A DNA stretch of 64,000 bases. Origin: Clostridia bacterium (lineage in GTDB: Bacteria; Bacillota; Clostridia; Oscillospirales; CAG-272). Shown one piece after another: positions 8,211-17,136 of the stretch (position 1 is the stretch's first letter; every line of letters starts with the position of its first letter). The notes under the pieces were generated by a model. That model was not told where the DNA came from and made no database searches. It saw only the letters and a program-made list of their open reading frames with translations. The stretch is from positions 79,926 to 143,925 of the forward strand of contig JAFTPV010000013.1 in NCBI GenBank assembly GCA_017463125.1, given 5' to 3'. The translations under genes and the position numbers were made by a program.

Positions 8211-9641
8211 TTACATGCTCATCTCGAGTCCAAGTGTGCCCTCTTCTCTTTCGCGGTTCATCTTGTCTATGAGCTCCGCAAGCTTTGCTTTGCATTCGTC
8301 TTCTGTTTTACCGTACACGTTCTCTGAGATTCGCTTTCCGTTAACGGTCGGGGTATATCTGCCCTGCCAGCAGTTCTTGCTGAGTTGCTTGACGTAGCCC
8401 GTGCCTGACTTGCGTTTTTTGCCCTTGTACGCCTCGAAATCGGGACGAGGGTATGACTTTCTCTCTTCCTTCTCTTCTTCCTCAAAATCGGCTTCTTCTG
8501 CGTTGCCGAAGGCTTTGTCAATCTTCGCGGCAGCGCTCTTCTGCATCTCGTCAGTGGTATGCGAATATGTATCCAGCGTTTCGCTGACCGAGGCATGTCC
8601 GAGGGTTGCAGACAGTGTCTTGACGTCCATTCCGTAGGCAAGCGACATGGTCGCATACGTGTGTCTCAGCGCGTGGAATTTCACGTGCTTGCATCCTGCG
8701 TGCTCAAGTATTTGCGACAGCTTCTTTCTGCACGCAGTGGGGTCTCTCGGCTTGTCCTCGTACACGGGTGACGGGAAGATCCAACGCGAGTTAACGCTCT
8801 CCTTGTATTCTCTCAGCATATCAAGCAGTGGTTTTTGAAGTATAATCGTGCGGTTTGAGGATTTTGTTTTCAGCGTACTCACTGTCGGCACTTTACCGAC
8901 CATGTTTATCTGCCTTGTAATTTTCACTTCACCGTTCTCGAAGTTTATGTCATTCCATTGAAGACCGAGGAGCTCGCCTCGTCTTAATCCTGTTCCGATA
9001 TCCAGCATAAACATTTCGAAGAAGCCTTCTTCCTTTGCCTGAATCATAAGCCGTTGCATCTCCTCCGGGGAGAGCACGTCCACCTCTGCCGAGCGCTTCG
9101 GAATCGGTGTGCATGCATCGGCAGGGTTTGAGAGTATCAGTCTATCCCTTACTGCGCGGTCGAGAGCTGCCTTGCAATGAAAATGGATACTCCTTATCGT
9201 TGTCATCGACAGTCCCTCTCCGTATATCTCCTGCCTGATGAGTCTTCCGCCATATCTGAGCTCCGCATAGAATCGCTCAAGCATACTTGCAGTAATGCTC
9301 TTTAACGGTATATCACCGATTTTGGGGATTATCTGATCATATATTCTGTGCTCGTAGGTTACACGGGTTGATGCTTTCAGTCCGAGCTTGCAATAGGTCT
9401 GATACCAATGATTCATCCAATCTCCAAACCTCATTTCGGGGCATATTTTGTACGATGCGACCGTGCCTATCTCTTGCTTCAGCTTTTCGAGCTTATCAAG
9501 GCACTCGCTCTTTGTTTTAGCGGTGACGTTTCTGGTCTTTGGATTGCCCTTTGAGTCATATCCTACGAAGACTCTTCCCTCCCATCTGCCGTCACTTTCT
9601 CTGTATCTTACTGTTCCTTCTCCGTTTTTTCTTTTTCCCAT
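8211..9641 (-). CDS. tyrosine recombinase/integrase with an extra C-terminal arm-type (AP2-like) DNA-binding repeat
   Basis: N-terminal 'GEGTVRYRESDGRWEGRV' arm-binding motif. Catalytic 'HALRHTYAT' and 'LGHASVSETLDTYSH'. After an acidic linker, the C-terminal 'GTGYVKQLSKNCWQGRYTPTVNGKR..YGKTEDECKAKL' repeats the N-terminal pattern. Confidence 0.9.
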   Translation of the reverse strand: MGKRKNGEGTVRYRESDGRWEGRVFVGYDSKGNPKTRNVTAKTKSECLDKLEKLKQEIGTVASYKICPEMRFGDWMNHWYQTYCKLGLKASTRVTYEHRIYDQIIPKIGDIPLKSITASMLERFYAELRYGGRLIRQEIYGEGLSMTTIRSIHFHCKAALDRAVRDRLILSNPADACTPIPKRSAEVDVLSPEEMQRLMIQAKEEGFFEMFMLDIGTGLRRGELLGLQWNDINFENGEVKITRQINMVGKVPTVSTLKTKSSNRTIILQKPLLDMLREYKESVNSRWIFPSPVYEDKPRDPTACRKKLSQILEHAGCKHVKFHALRHTYATMSLAYGMDVKTLSATLGHASVSETLDTYSHTTDEMQKSAAAKIDKAFGNAEEADFEEEEKEERKSYPRPDFEAYKGKKRKSGTGYVKQLSKNCWQGRYTPTVNGKRISENVYGKTEDECKAKLAELIDKMNREREEGTLGLEMSM

Positions 9642-10801
9642 ATTTTTAAATCCTTTCCAAATAAATCTGTCATAAAATTGTTTACTATTTTTGATGCATT
9701 TTTCTGCATATCCGTTGTTACGTGTGTGTATGTGTCGAGCGTAAACGAAGCATCCGTGTGCCCGAGTATTGCCGAGAGTGTTTTCGGATCGACTCCGCTT
9801 GAGGCAGCATGCGTTGCGAAGGTGTGTCTCAGATCGTGAAATCTTATATCGGGGAGCGCGGCTTCTCTCAGAAGACTTTTCAGTTTGTTATAAGCCGTTT
9901 GCGGATTCATCGGCTTGTTTAAATCATTTACGCTCGGGAATATCCATTCGCTCGTTGCATTCTTTTTCCTCTCTGAGAGCATTCTAGATACGCTTCTCGG
10001 GAGTATTATTTTCCTTCGGCTTCGCTCAGTTTTCGTTTCGCCTACCGTCACCTTTCCGTCCATATAGGTTGCCGATTTTCTGACCGACAGCTTTCTGTTC
10101 ACCTCATCGTAATCGCTCCATTTGAGAGCACATATTTCTCCTTTTCTAAGCCCCGTCATGCACTCGAGATAGAAGAAGTCGTGCCATCCCACATGCCCCT
10201 TTGCAATCTCAAGCAGTCTTTCCACCTCGGTTTCTTGGAGTATTGTTTTCTCCTTATAATCCGTTTTGGGAATTACCGCACCCTTTGTAGGATTTGAAGG
10301 AATAATCCTTTCCTTCACTGCACCGTCGAGTGCCTCGTGCAGAAGCATGTGCACCGAGCGTACCATTGAATTTGACAGTGCGAATCCGTCCTCGGGATGC
10401 TCTGTTGCTCTTCCCCCTTCTTTAAGTTGGTTATACATTTTCTGAATGTCGGAGGTTCGCAGATTCGTGATTGGCTTTTTACCTATGTAAGGAATCATAT
10501 GCGTTTCAATATAATTCTTGTATCCGCGATATGTTGTCGGTCTAATCATATGCTTTTTATAATTATCGAGCCAATCGATTAACCACTCACCGACTGTCAT
10601 TTGGCATTTTTCAACGAGGTTTGCACCAGCGTATCTGAATTTAAGCTCATTCAGCCTAGCCATTAGTGCTTTCTGTGTTTTCGCGGTGACGGTTTTGATA
10701 ATGCAAGTGCCGTCCTTTTTCTTACCGATGGTAATTCTTCCTTCCCATCTTCCGTCCTTACGCTTTCTTACCGTTCCGTCACCGTTAGGTCTTCTTCCCA
10801 T
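9608..10801 (-). CDS. tyrosine recombinase/integrase
   Basis: 'GDGTVRKRKDGRWEGRI' N-terminus, 'RFHDLRHTFATH', 'LGHTDASFTLDTYTH'. SD GAAGGTG lies upstream of ATG 10801. The 3' end overlaps the next integrase by 34 nt. Confidence 0.9.
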   Translation of the reverse strand: MGRRPNGDGTVRKRKDGRWEGRITIGKKKDGTCIIKTVTAKTQKALMARLNELKFRYAGANLVEKCQMTVGEWLIDWLDNYKKHMIRPTTYRGYKNYIETHMIPYIGKKPITNLRTSDIQKMYNQLKEGGRATEHPEDGFALSNSMVRSVHMLLHEALDGAVKERIIPSNPTKGAVIPKTDYKEKTILQETEVERLLEIAKGHVGWHDFFYLECMTGLRKGEICALKWSDYDEVNRKLSVRKSATYMDGKVTVGETKTERSRRKIILPRSVSRMLSERKKNATSEWIFPSVNDLNKPMNPQTAYNKLKSLLREAALPDIRFHDLRHTFATHAASSGVDPKTLSAILGHTDASFTLDTYTHVTTDMQKNASKIVNNFMTDLFGKDLKIWEKEKTEKEQ

Positions 10802-10900
10802 GTGTGCACCTTCTTTCGTTTTTCAAACCAAACAATACCACAGAACTATGTACATATCCAGACGCACGCGCAAGAGTTATCAAATTGTTATCAATCATAA

Positions 10901-12268
10901 TCATATCAACGTTAGCTCCGCATTCCTTTTATCTTCGATTTCTCTGCGCTGGCGTTTATCAATTGTAGGTAGCTTCTTCGCATCGTCACCGCTGAGCTTA
11001 TCAGAGAATATATTACCGAGGTTTTTAAATAACCTTGTTACTGCCGTTGCGGACACACCTTTCCGCGACTCGTAATATTTAGTCTTCTGCGTATGATATT
11101 CTGAATCCTTTTTCTTATTACCGGGAGGAAGCATTTTGACCGCTTCCCCCTCTTCGTTTAGAAGAATTTTCATTGCTTCTCGAATGATATCATTTTTGAT
11201 ACTGTTGAATTCCTTGTTTTCGGATAACGGTATCTTCGGAGGCACGTTCCGCGAATACATTCTCTGTATTTTATATTTCTCCTCATACCACATATCGTAA
11301 AGCTTTGCTATATCCTCATCCTCTGCAAGCAAATCAACAATTGAATCAATTAAATCCTTCACGTCGCGCTTTAAGTATCCGTATACTTTTTTAGCTTTTG
11401 TATTATGTAATCGAATTGATAATTCAATAAGCTTTTGTCTTATTTCCTCGTTCTCATAAGTACCGTTTTCAATTCTTGATAATATTTCAGCGAGCTTTTC
11501 CTTGAAGTCGGATTTCAATTCATTTCTGATTTTTGTTTGCTCCTCTGCGATGTGATATATGTCATCTTGAAATATTGTATTTACAAGTGACGAGCGCATT
11601 CTTTGAATACCTATTTTTGATAAGTAACCTTCATCGCTTTTACTTGAATAAATAATAACGTGAATATGCGGATGATGGCTTTCGTTATGAAATGCACCGT
11701 ACCATTTTAATTCGCTTAAAGGTATTTTGAAGTTTCTTGCTATTTCTTCGGTTTTAGAGCCAATTACGTCGCGCCATCTTTTTGCATTATTAAACCCGAG
11801 CCGTTCCGCATCTTCTCTTCGAAGCGATACAATCATTGTCCACACGTTTCCGTCGTGATTTGCAATTTCCTCGGAAACCTTTTTGAGATTAATATTTTCA
11901 TCAATCGAAGAGAACAAACCGTGCGAGCCTGATTTCTCAACACGAGGTCTTGTTGCAATATAATCTGCATACGTTGCTTCGGTAATAAAAAGATTATTAT
12001 CCTCTATTGCTCTTGTAATGAATTCACTCGCATTTTTAATTGTCGGTGATTTTAAATAATCATCGTACTCTAGCATTTCTACACTGTCGGGATAATCGCG
12101 AATTATCTTTTCAATTAAATCAATTTGATTTTTAGTTACCTGACTTTCCGAATTGTTTTTCGGTAATTTCTCAACTCCCTCTCGTGTTGCAACGTATTTA
12201 ACGTAATTACCCTTGTGCTTTGCACTCTTCGGTTTATAATATTTGAATTTGGTAATTAAGTTTGCCAT
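10901..12268 (-). CDS. relaxase/mobilisation nuclease (histidine-triad type)
   Basis: 'FHNESHHPHIHVIIYS' metal-binding histidine motif typical of MobA/VirD2-like relaxases. N-terminal 'KYYKPKS..YVKYVATREGV' resembles Firmicute mobilisation relaxases. Confidence 0.75.
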   Translation of the reverse strand: MANLITKFKYYKPKSAKHKGNYVKYVATREGVEKLPKNNSESQVTKNQIDLIEKIIRDYPDSVEMLEYDDYLKSPTIKNASEFITRAIEDNNLFITEATYADYIATRPRVEKSGSHGLFSSIDENINLKKVSEEIANHDGNVWTMIVSLRREDAERLGFNNAKRWRDVIGSKTEEIARNFKIPLSELKWYGAFHNESHHPHIHVIIYSSKSDEGYLSKIGIQRMRSSLVNTIFQDDIYHIAEEQTKIRNELKSDFKEKLAEILSRIENGTYENEEIRQKLIELSIRLHNTKAKKVYGYLKRDVKDLIDSIVDLLAEDEDIAKLYDMWYEEKYKIQRMYSRNVPPKIPLSENKEFNSIKNDIIREAMKILLNEEGEAVKMLPPGNKKKDSEYHTQKTKYYESRKGVSATAVTRLFKNLGNIFSDKLSGDDAKKLPTIDKRQRREIEDKRNAELTLI

Positions 12269-12666
12269 CTGATTGCATCCTCAAAAGAAATCGTACCGTT
12301 AATCTTTTTAACCTCACTTGCACAATCCGCACGCAACTTATCAAGCGGTGCTTGTCCTATTCCGTTGCTATATGCAAGAAGATTTTTAATCATACTTAAT
12401 TCAACCGCAATTCTGAACAGAGAACCGTTATGTCGGTTTTCATTTTCATTCATTAAAGACTTAAGCGTAGTTAATACAATTTGCGGAACGTAATCCTGCG
12501 TTGAGCTTCTGAGATATCCGCAATAGAAGTTAACTGCCTTTTCGATGAATTCGCTTATCCTTTTGCAGTTGCCCTTCTGCATTAGCTCTTCTACCTCTTC
12601 CCTGGTTGACGGCATCATCCATACCGTGTATCTTTCCTTAGTTTCTTTTGTAATTTTTTCTTCCAT
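12256..12666 (-). CDS. relaxosome accessory protein (MobC/ribbon-helix-helix-like)
   Basis: 136-aa ORF directly upstream of the relaxase, overlapping it by 13 nt. N-terminal 'RYTVWMMPSTREEVEEL' looks RHH-like. Confidence 0.45.
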   Translation of the reverse strand: MEEKITKETKERYTVWMMPSTREEVEELMQKGNCKRISEFIEKAVNFYCGYLRSSTQDYVPQIVLTTLKSLMNENENRHNGSLFRIAVELSMIKNLLAYSNGIGQAPLDKLRADCASEVKKINGTISFEDAIRWQT

Positions 12667-12989
12667 TTCTTTTTCCTTTCATAATGTTTTTAATAATGTC
12701 GGTCAATTCCCCTGAATCACTGGGAAAACCCGCACTTCCGGCGCTCCTTCGAGCGTTATTTTATTTTTACAGCGTTCTTGCTCATTTTAGCGTTGCTCCC
12801 GAAAACCCTTTAAAGCTCTCGTAATCTCGTGAATTCGGTCGGCTCTGCCGTCCGATGTGAGACGGGTCGCGGCAACAGCGCTGACCCTTTCTCCTGCTTA
12901 TATATCGACCCTACGCCGCATTGCTCATATTCCTCGCAAAGCGTCGTGACTCGGTCGATTCTATAAGAGCTTTCACAAGCATCGCCTCT
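12667..12989. other. non-coding, GC-richer spacer; candidate oriT region
   Basis: About 320 bp without a credible ORF, upstream of the mobC-like/relaxase genes. Short inverted repeat CCGTC..GACGG (12847-12866) is followed by CTCCTGC (12891-12897), which resembles the RP4-type nic core ATCCTGC. Confidence 0.3.
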
Positions 12990-13211
12990 TTATCTCGGGA
13001 GTGCATCATACCGTGTTTCGCTATCCAGCCACTCCAGAAGCCTATCACGCGGAATTATAATTCTTCCTGCAACCACCTTAAGCTTTGGGAACTCTGCGGT
13101 GCGCACAAGCTCATAAGCACTTGCGCGTGATATTCCGAGTAAATGTGCCACGTCCATCACGTTTAAGAACATTGGCATCTCTTCCTTGTTTTTGAATAAT
13201 GATTTGTTCAA
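12990..13211 (-). CDS. excisionase-family helix-turn-helix protein
   Basis: 'LNVMDVAHLLGISRASAYELVR...FPKLKV.GRIIIPRDRLLEWL' matches the Xis/HTH_17 pattern. Confidence 0.75.
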   Translation of the reverse strand: MNKSLFKNKEEMPMFLNVMDVAHLLGISRASAYELVRTAEFPKLKVVAGRIIIPRDRLLEWLDSETRYDALPR

Positions 13212-13642
13212 TTTAATTTTCCTTTCTTCTTCAATTTGTTATCGTATTTTTCAAGTGCCGCCTGAGCTAACATTTTTGAATTTTGTATTCGAATGAGTTT
13301 ATCGAAGTACGCATCTTCAATCGGCTTCAGCGGTTGAAGAGTATAAAGCAAGCTGCCGTTATGATTTCTGCCGTCCTTCGTTCTTACCATTGTCGGCTCG
13401 GTATAAATAAGACCGCGCCTCTCGAGTCCTTCAACGTATTTCTTGACGGTATTCTTGCTCATTCCGACAGCTGTGCCTATTGTGTTGTAGCTTGGGTAAC
13501 ACTGAAATGTTTTTCTGTCCTCGCAATACATTAAATAGATATATACGAGTATTTCACCCGAGACGAGTCCCAGATTAAAAATTGATTTCGGCACCGGGAA
13601 GTAAGTTCCCGGTATATCTCTCGTGTCATGAGTATATTTCAA
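13208..13642 (-). CDS. winged-helix DNA-binding protein (replication/regulatory)
   Basis: 'YPSYNTIGTAVGMSKNTVKKYVEGLERRGLI' is wHTH-like. It overlaps the xis start by 4 nt. Confidence 0.55.
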   Translation of the reverse strand: MKYTHDTRDIPGTYFPVPKSIFNLGLVSGEILVYIYLMYCEDRKTFQCYPSYNTIGTAVGMSKNTVKKYVEGLERRGLIYTEPTMVRTKDGRNHNGSLLYTLQPLKPIEDAYFDKLIRIQNSKMLAQAALEKYDNKLKKKGKLN

Positions 13643-13741
13643 TAAATCCCTCCTTTTTGAAAAGTTTTAATTACATTTGCATTCATTTGCAAATAAAAAA
13701 GAGTGCCGAGCTTTCACTCGGCACTCACGTGCTTCGGTAGG

Positions 13742-16696
13742 TTAATCTTTTTTGATTTTTGCGCTTTTGATTTGATGAGGATAATCGAAGAGGTTTATCG
13801 CATACGAATGCCCTCTTATTTCCTCTTCATGCTCTTCTACAAATTCAATATCCATAGGATAATAAGAATCGGGAACGATAACCTTTGAAAGAAGTCTTCT
13901 GTTTTTCTCATAAAGCAAACACGCAAATAATAAATGTCTGCACGCTGAGATGTTATAACGAGATTCTTTAGGATTATCTATCTCTTTTAGAAGCATTGCG
14001 AGAATATGATCGTTTACAGCATTTTTTGAGACGGCAGAAAGACAATTGGCGAATGCTTCTTCGGCTTTCTTTACAAGCAAAGCTTTTTCATCATCCTCGG
14101 CTTTTCTTGCACGTGTTTGAAGCGATGTGATTTTTTCATGAGCTGAAATTGCTGTCTCAATAATATTTTGCTTACTGCGGGAATCGTTATCGCCTTTGTC
14201 GCTTTCATCGAGCGCAAAGAGCTCAGCGAGCTTTACGGTGGTGTGCGGTTTTGCTCTGTCGCTTATTCCATTTACAATATCGTATATAAATGACATCGGA
14301 CAGTCAAGCTTTGCTTCATCATTTCCTCTTATTTCATCCTCATTTCCTATCATAAAATTATAGAAATCGGGAAGCTTATCTCCGTTAGCTTTCTTGAAAT
14401 CATTTTTGCGTTTAGAAAGAGAACGGAGAACCTTCGTTGCATCAACCGGATACAATCTTTTTGCTTTATCAATCTCCATGCCCGACATTACTGCGAGCTT
14501 ACATATATCGTAATATATTTCGTATAACTCTTGTTTTGCATTTTCAATTGATTCGGGACTGCTTGTGTCTGCGTTAAAGTAGATATGCCAATGGAGACTG
14601 TTTAGAAACTGCGAGAGATTTACTATCTCACCGATTTTGTTATTACCGATGATTCGGTCAAGCCTTGCGATGTCCTTCGGAGTATTTTTATAATCTGTTT
14701 TACCGCAGGGATCAACCTTGCACACGGGAACGCTGAGAGCATAATAAATATCCGCGAGTCCGTGCTGTATAAATCCGGGATTGTTCGTTACCAGCATCGA
14801 GTCGGAATCATAATCGCAACCGTTTAATCTTTGCTGAATATTATCTCCGATAGCATTTACACAGATGATGTTCTCGGTAAGATTAAAGTATTCGACAAGC
14901 TTTGGCTGGAGCACGTTTCTTACTGCGAAGAGGTTTCCCATAGTTATATGCGGACTTCGCGCTCCGAGCATTACCTGGTTGTGCGGAAATCTCTGTGAAT
15001 GCACCTCATTGTTCTTAAGAAGCAACGGCTCTGCCGGCTCGTATTTCTTAGTTATCGCTGCCGTTAGGAATTCATAAGGATTGCCGAATATCGTTTGGTA
15101 ATTACCCGTAACCGCAATTCTTCCCTTTTTAAGTCTTCTCTTATAATGCTTCAGGGTATCGCTTCGGAAGTTCTTATAAAAATCTGTGTATTGAAACAGC
15201 GGTGTTCTTACCGTCATATCCAAAACTACATCACGTCTGTAAGTATCGAGGGACAGTTCATCCTCGTCATCAATTTGCGCATACTGTGAAGTCATATTGA
15301 TATAGTATCGCAGATATATGGGATCATCGAGAAGCTTTTTGTAAAAGTCAAGGCTTTGTTCAAGAGCCTCTTTCATCTGCTCGCGGTTGATGTTAAGGGT
15401 ATTCATCAACTGATAGTTCGTATATGCCATATTGCCAAACATAGCATGCGAACCCTTGTCCGTTTTAACAACACCGAATGCAGAGGTTTTCTCGCCCTCA
15501 TACACCGCATCAAGCCAAGCCTTGAACGCATCTCCGAGCTTCATACCCTTCGGCATAAACTTGAGATACTTTACACTGCTCTCAGTAATAACGAGCTTGA
15601 TGTCCTCAACCTTTCTTGCGGTTGTATATCCTGCGAGCTGTCTTATCTCGGTGATGTTATTATCCTTAAACCACTTTTGCAGGTTCGTATTGAACGCACA
15701 GGTTTTGAAGAAGCGGTTGCGAAGGAGCATCATACCCTTGTCTTTATATCCGGATCTCTCGAACTCGCTGACATCGAGCAGTGCTTCTCCGTCCCAGATG
15801 ACATTTTCAATCTCGGTTTCTTCCTCGGTCGCTGTAAGTCCTCCGTCCGCATCCTTTTTCACGCATACCGCTTTGGTTTTGAACTTGCTGACCTTATCGG
15901 GAATTATAAGAATTGCTTTTTTCGGAAGCCTGATTACTCTTTCTATACTGCTTAGCGTAAGCGCAATATAGGCCTGCCACGAGGCTTGGTCGGATACGTT
16001 TTCCTCAGCAAGTCCGCAAGAGCTCCAGCGCATCATATCCTCGTATAACTCTTCTATGATGAATAAGCACTTTCCGCTTCGGCTCGCACCTGCGCTTCGC
16101 TTATAACGAACGTAATGTACACCGTCAATATCGAAGCCGTGCGTATATAGGTGCTCGCGTATATCCTCACATTTCACCGAGGAAGGTATTTCCGTTTTAC
16201 TTCGCTTATATACCTTCTTTTCAGCATCGTATGAAAAATGCTTTCCGAGCACGTCTTTATCAAGAGGCTTGTCTACCGGAATATAACTCTTGTCCTTTTC
16301 GTAAGCAATTTCTATTGCCACGAGTAAGTTCTCTCCGCCAACACTCTTTACGCAGACGTGATCTGCCATATCCGCTTCGGTAACGGAATAACCGTATCTT
16401 ACGAATCTGTTGCCTTGTTGCTCATACAGCTTCACAGAATAGTTAAATGCTATGTTAATAAGGGCACGGCAATATTCCTTATCCTCTAGGTAGGGATAAC
16501 CTATATAGTCTGCATGTTTTTCGTAAATCTCTTTAAGAAAATCGGTATCTAAACTCTCGTCCATCAAACCGTTAAAGGTATCCCGATTTAATTTTCCGTT
16601 CTTCTTCGCAGTTGTGAGTTTACCAAGAAAAAGATCTTTTCCTTCCGCTGAAATGATACGCATGTTCCCGTATTCCTTAAACTTTTTAGATGCCAT
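13742..16696 (-). CDS. RdRP-like / YonO-like double-psi beta-barrel nucleotidyl polymerase (984 aa)
   Basis: 'ARSPHITMGNLFAVRNV....ENIICVNAIGDNIQQRLNGCDYDSDSMLVT' matches the R-x-P...G-[DN] strand plus the G-x-D-x-D-x-D metal loop. That signature belongs to cellular RdRPs (QDE-1 DYDGD) and SPbeta YonO. Confidence 0.65.
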   Translation of the reverse strand: MASKKFKEYGNMRIISAEGKDLFLGKLTTAKKNGKLNRDTFNGLMDESLDTDFLKEIYEKHADYIGYPYLEDKEYCRALINIAFNYSVKLYEQQGNRFVRYGYSVTEADMADHVCVKSVGGENLLVAIEIAYEKDKSYIPVDKPLDKDVLGKHFSYDAEKKVYKRSKTEIPSSVKCEDIREHLYTHGFDIDGVHYVRYKRSAGASRSGKCLFIIEELYEDMMRWSSCGLAEENVSDQASWQAYIALTLSSIERVIRLPKKAILIIPDKVSKFKTKAVCVKKDADGGLTATEEETEIENVIWDGEALLDVSEFERSGYKDKGMMLLRNRFFKTCAFNTNLQKWFKDNNITEIRQLAGYTTARKVEDIKLVITESSVKYLKFMPKGMKLGDAFKAWLDAVYEGEKTSAFGVVKTDKGSHAMFGNMAYTNYQLMNTLNINREQMKEALEQSLDFYKKLLDDPIYLRYYINMTSQYAQIDDEDELSLDTYRRDVVLDMTVRTPLFQYTDFYKNFRSDTLKHYKRRLKKGRIAVTGNYQTIFGNPYEFLTAAITKKYEPAEPLLLKNNEVHSQRFPHNQVMLGARSPHITMGNLFAVRNVLQPKLVEYFNLTENIICVNAIGDNIQQRLNGCDYDSDSMLVTNNPGFIQHGLADIYYALSVPVCKVDPCGKTDYKNTPKDIARLDRIIGNNKIGEIVNLSQFLNSLHWHIYFNADTSSPESIENAKQELYEIYYDICKLAVMSGMEIDKAKRLYPVDATKVLRSLSKRKNDFKKANGDKLPDFYNFMIGNEDEIRGNDEAKLDCPMSFIYDIVNGISDRAKPHTTVKLAELFALDESDKGDNDSRSKQNIIETAISAHEKITSLQTRARKAEDDEKALLVKKAEEAFANCLSAVSKNAVNDHILAMLLKEIDNPKESRYNISACRHLLFACLLYEKNRRLLSKVIVPDSYYPMDIEFVEEHEEEIRGHSYAINLFDYPHQIKSAKIKKD

Positions 16697-17136
16697 AGAT
16701 CACCCCTCCTTTCGTAGATAATTATGTGTATTTTATTCTACCATACTGCGTGTCTTTTTTCAAGATATTAGGAACAGAATATACAGTGTTTTACGCAAAA
16801 ATCAGCATTTTTAACCTTCCTACCGTTTATCCAAAATTACAAAATTTGCACCAACAGATAAAAATCCTTGATTTATCTAGGTTTTTACGACTGGATATCA
16901 CATATTGAAAATTTAAAAACGTCAATTTGAAACTGTTTTTTCTCAGTTTATGCAAGTTTTTCAAAGCCTTCATTGCTTTGTTTTCCCGAGGTGCTTATTC
17001 TTTGCTTACAGCGTGCAAATTCTTATTTAAAAAGCAAAAAGGCGGCTCAACTGCCGACAAACTTCAGCAATTGGCCACCTTTTAAGTTGTAAACCGCATT
17101 TTAAAACATTGCTATTGATGTTACTCTAAAATCCCA

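Noticed and set aside
8267-8656. A 129-aa alternative-frame ORF on the same strand inside the integrase gene.
   Set aside because: It is Arg/Pro/Ser-rich, which is typical of an off-frame product. It is fully contained in the integrase ORF, whose own frame carries the conserved catalytic and arm-domain motifs.
15356-15971. Long plus-strand ORFs (199 and 179 aa) opposite the RdRP-like gene. The same applies to 17245-17889, 26820-28007, 46593-47495, 53543-54040 and 58971-59621.
   Set aside because: These are shadow ORFs antisense to genes with clear motif support. Their products are low-complexity or Leu/Ser/Ile-rich, they lack SD sequences, and several use non-ATG starts chosen by the track.
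16905-16935. Similarity between AATTTAAAAACGTCAATTTG (16911-16930 region) and AATTTAAAAATGTCAAGTTT (7995-8014 region) as a shared operator.
   Set aside because: Only about 17/20 AT-rich positions match. That is weak enough to arise by chance in AT-rich intergenic DNA, so I did not call it as a feature.
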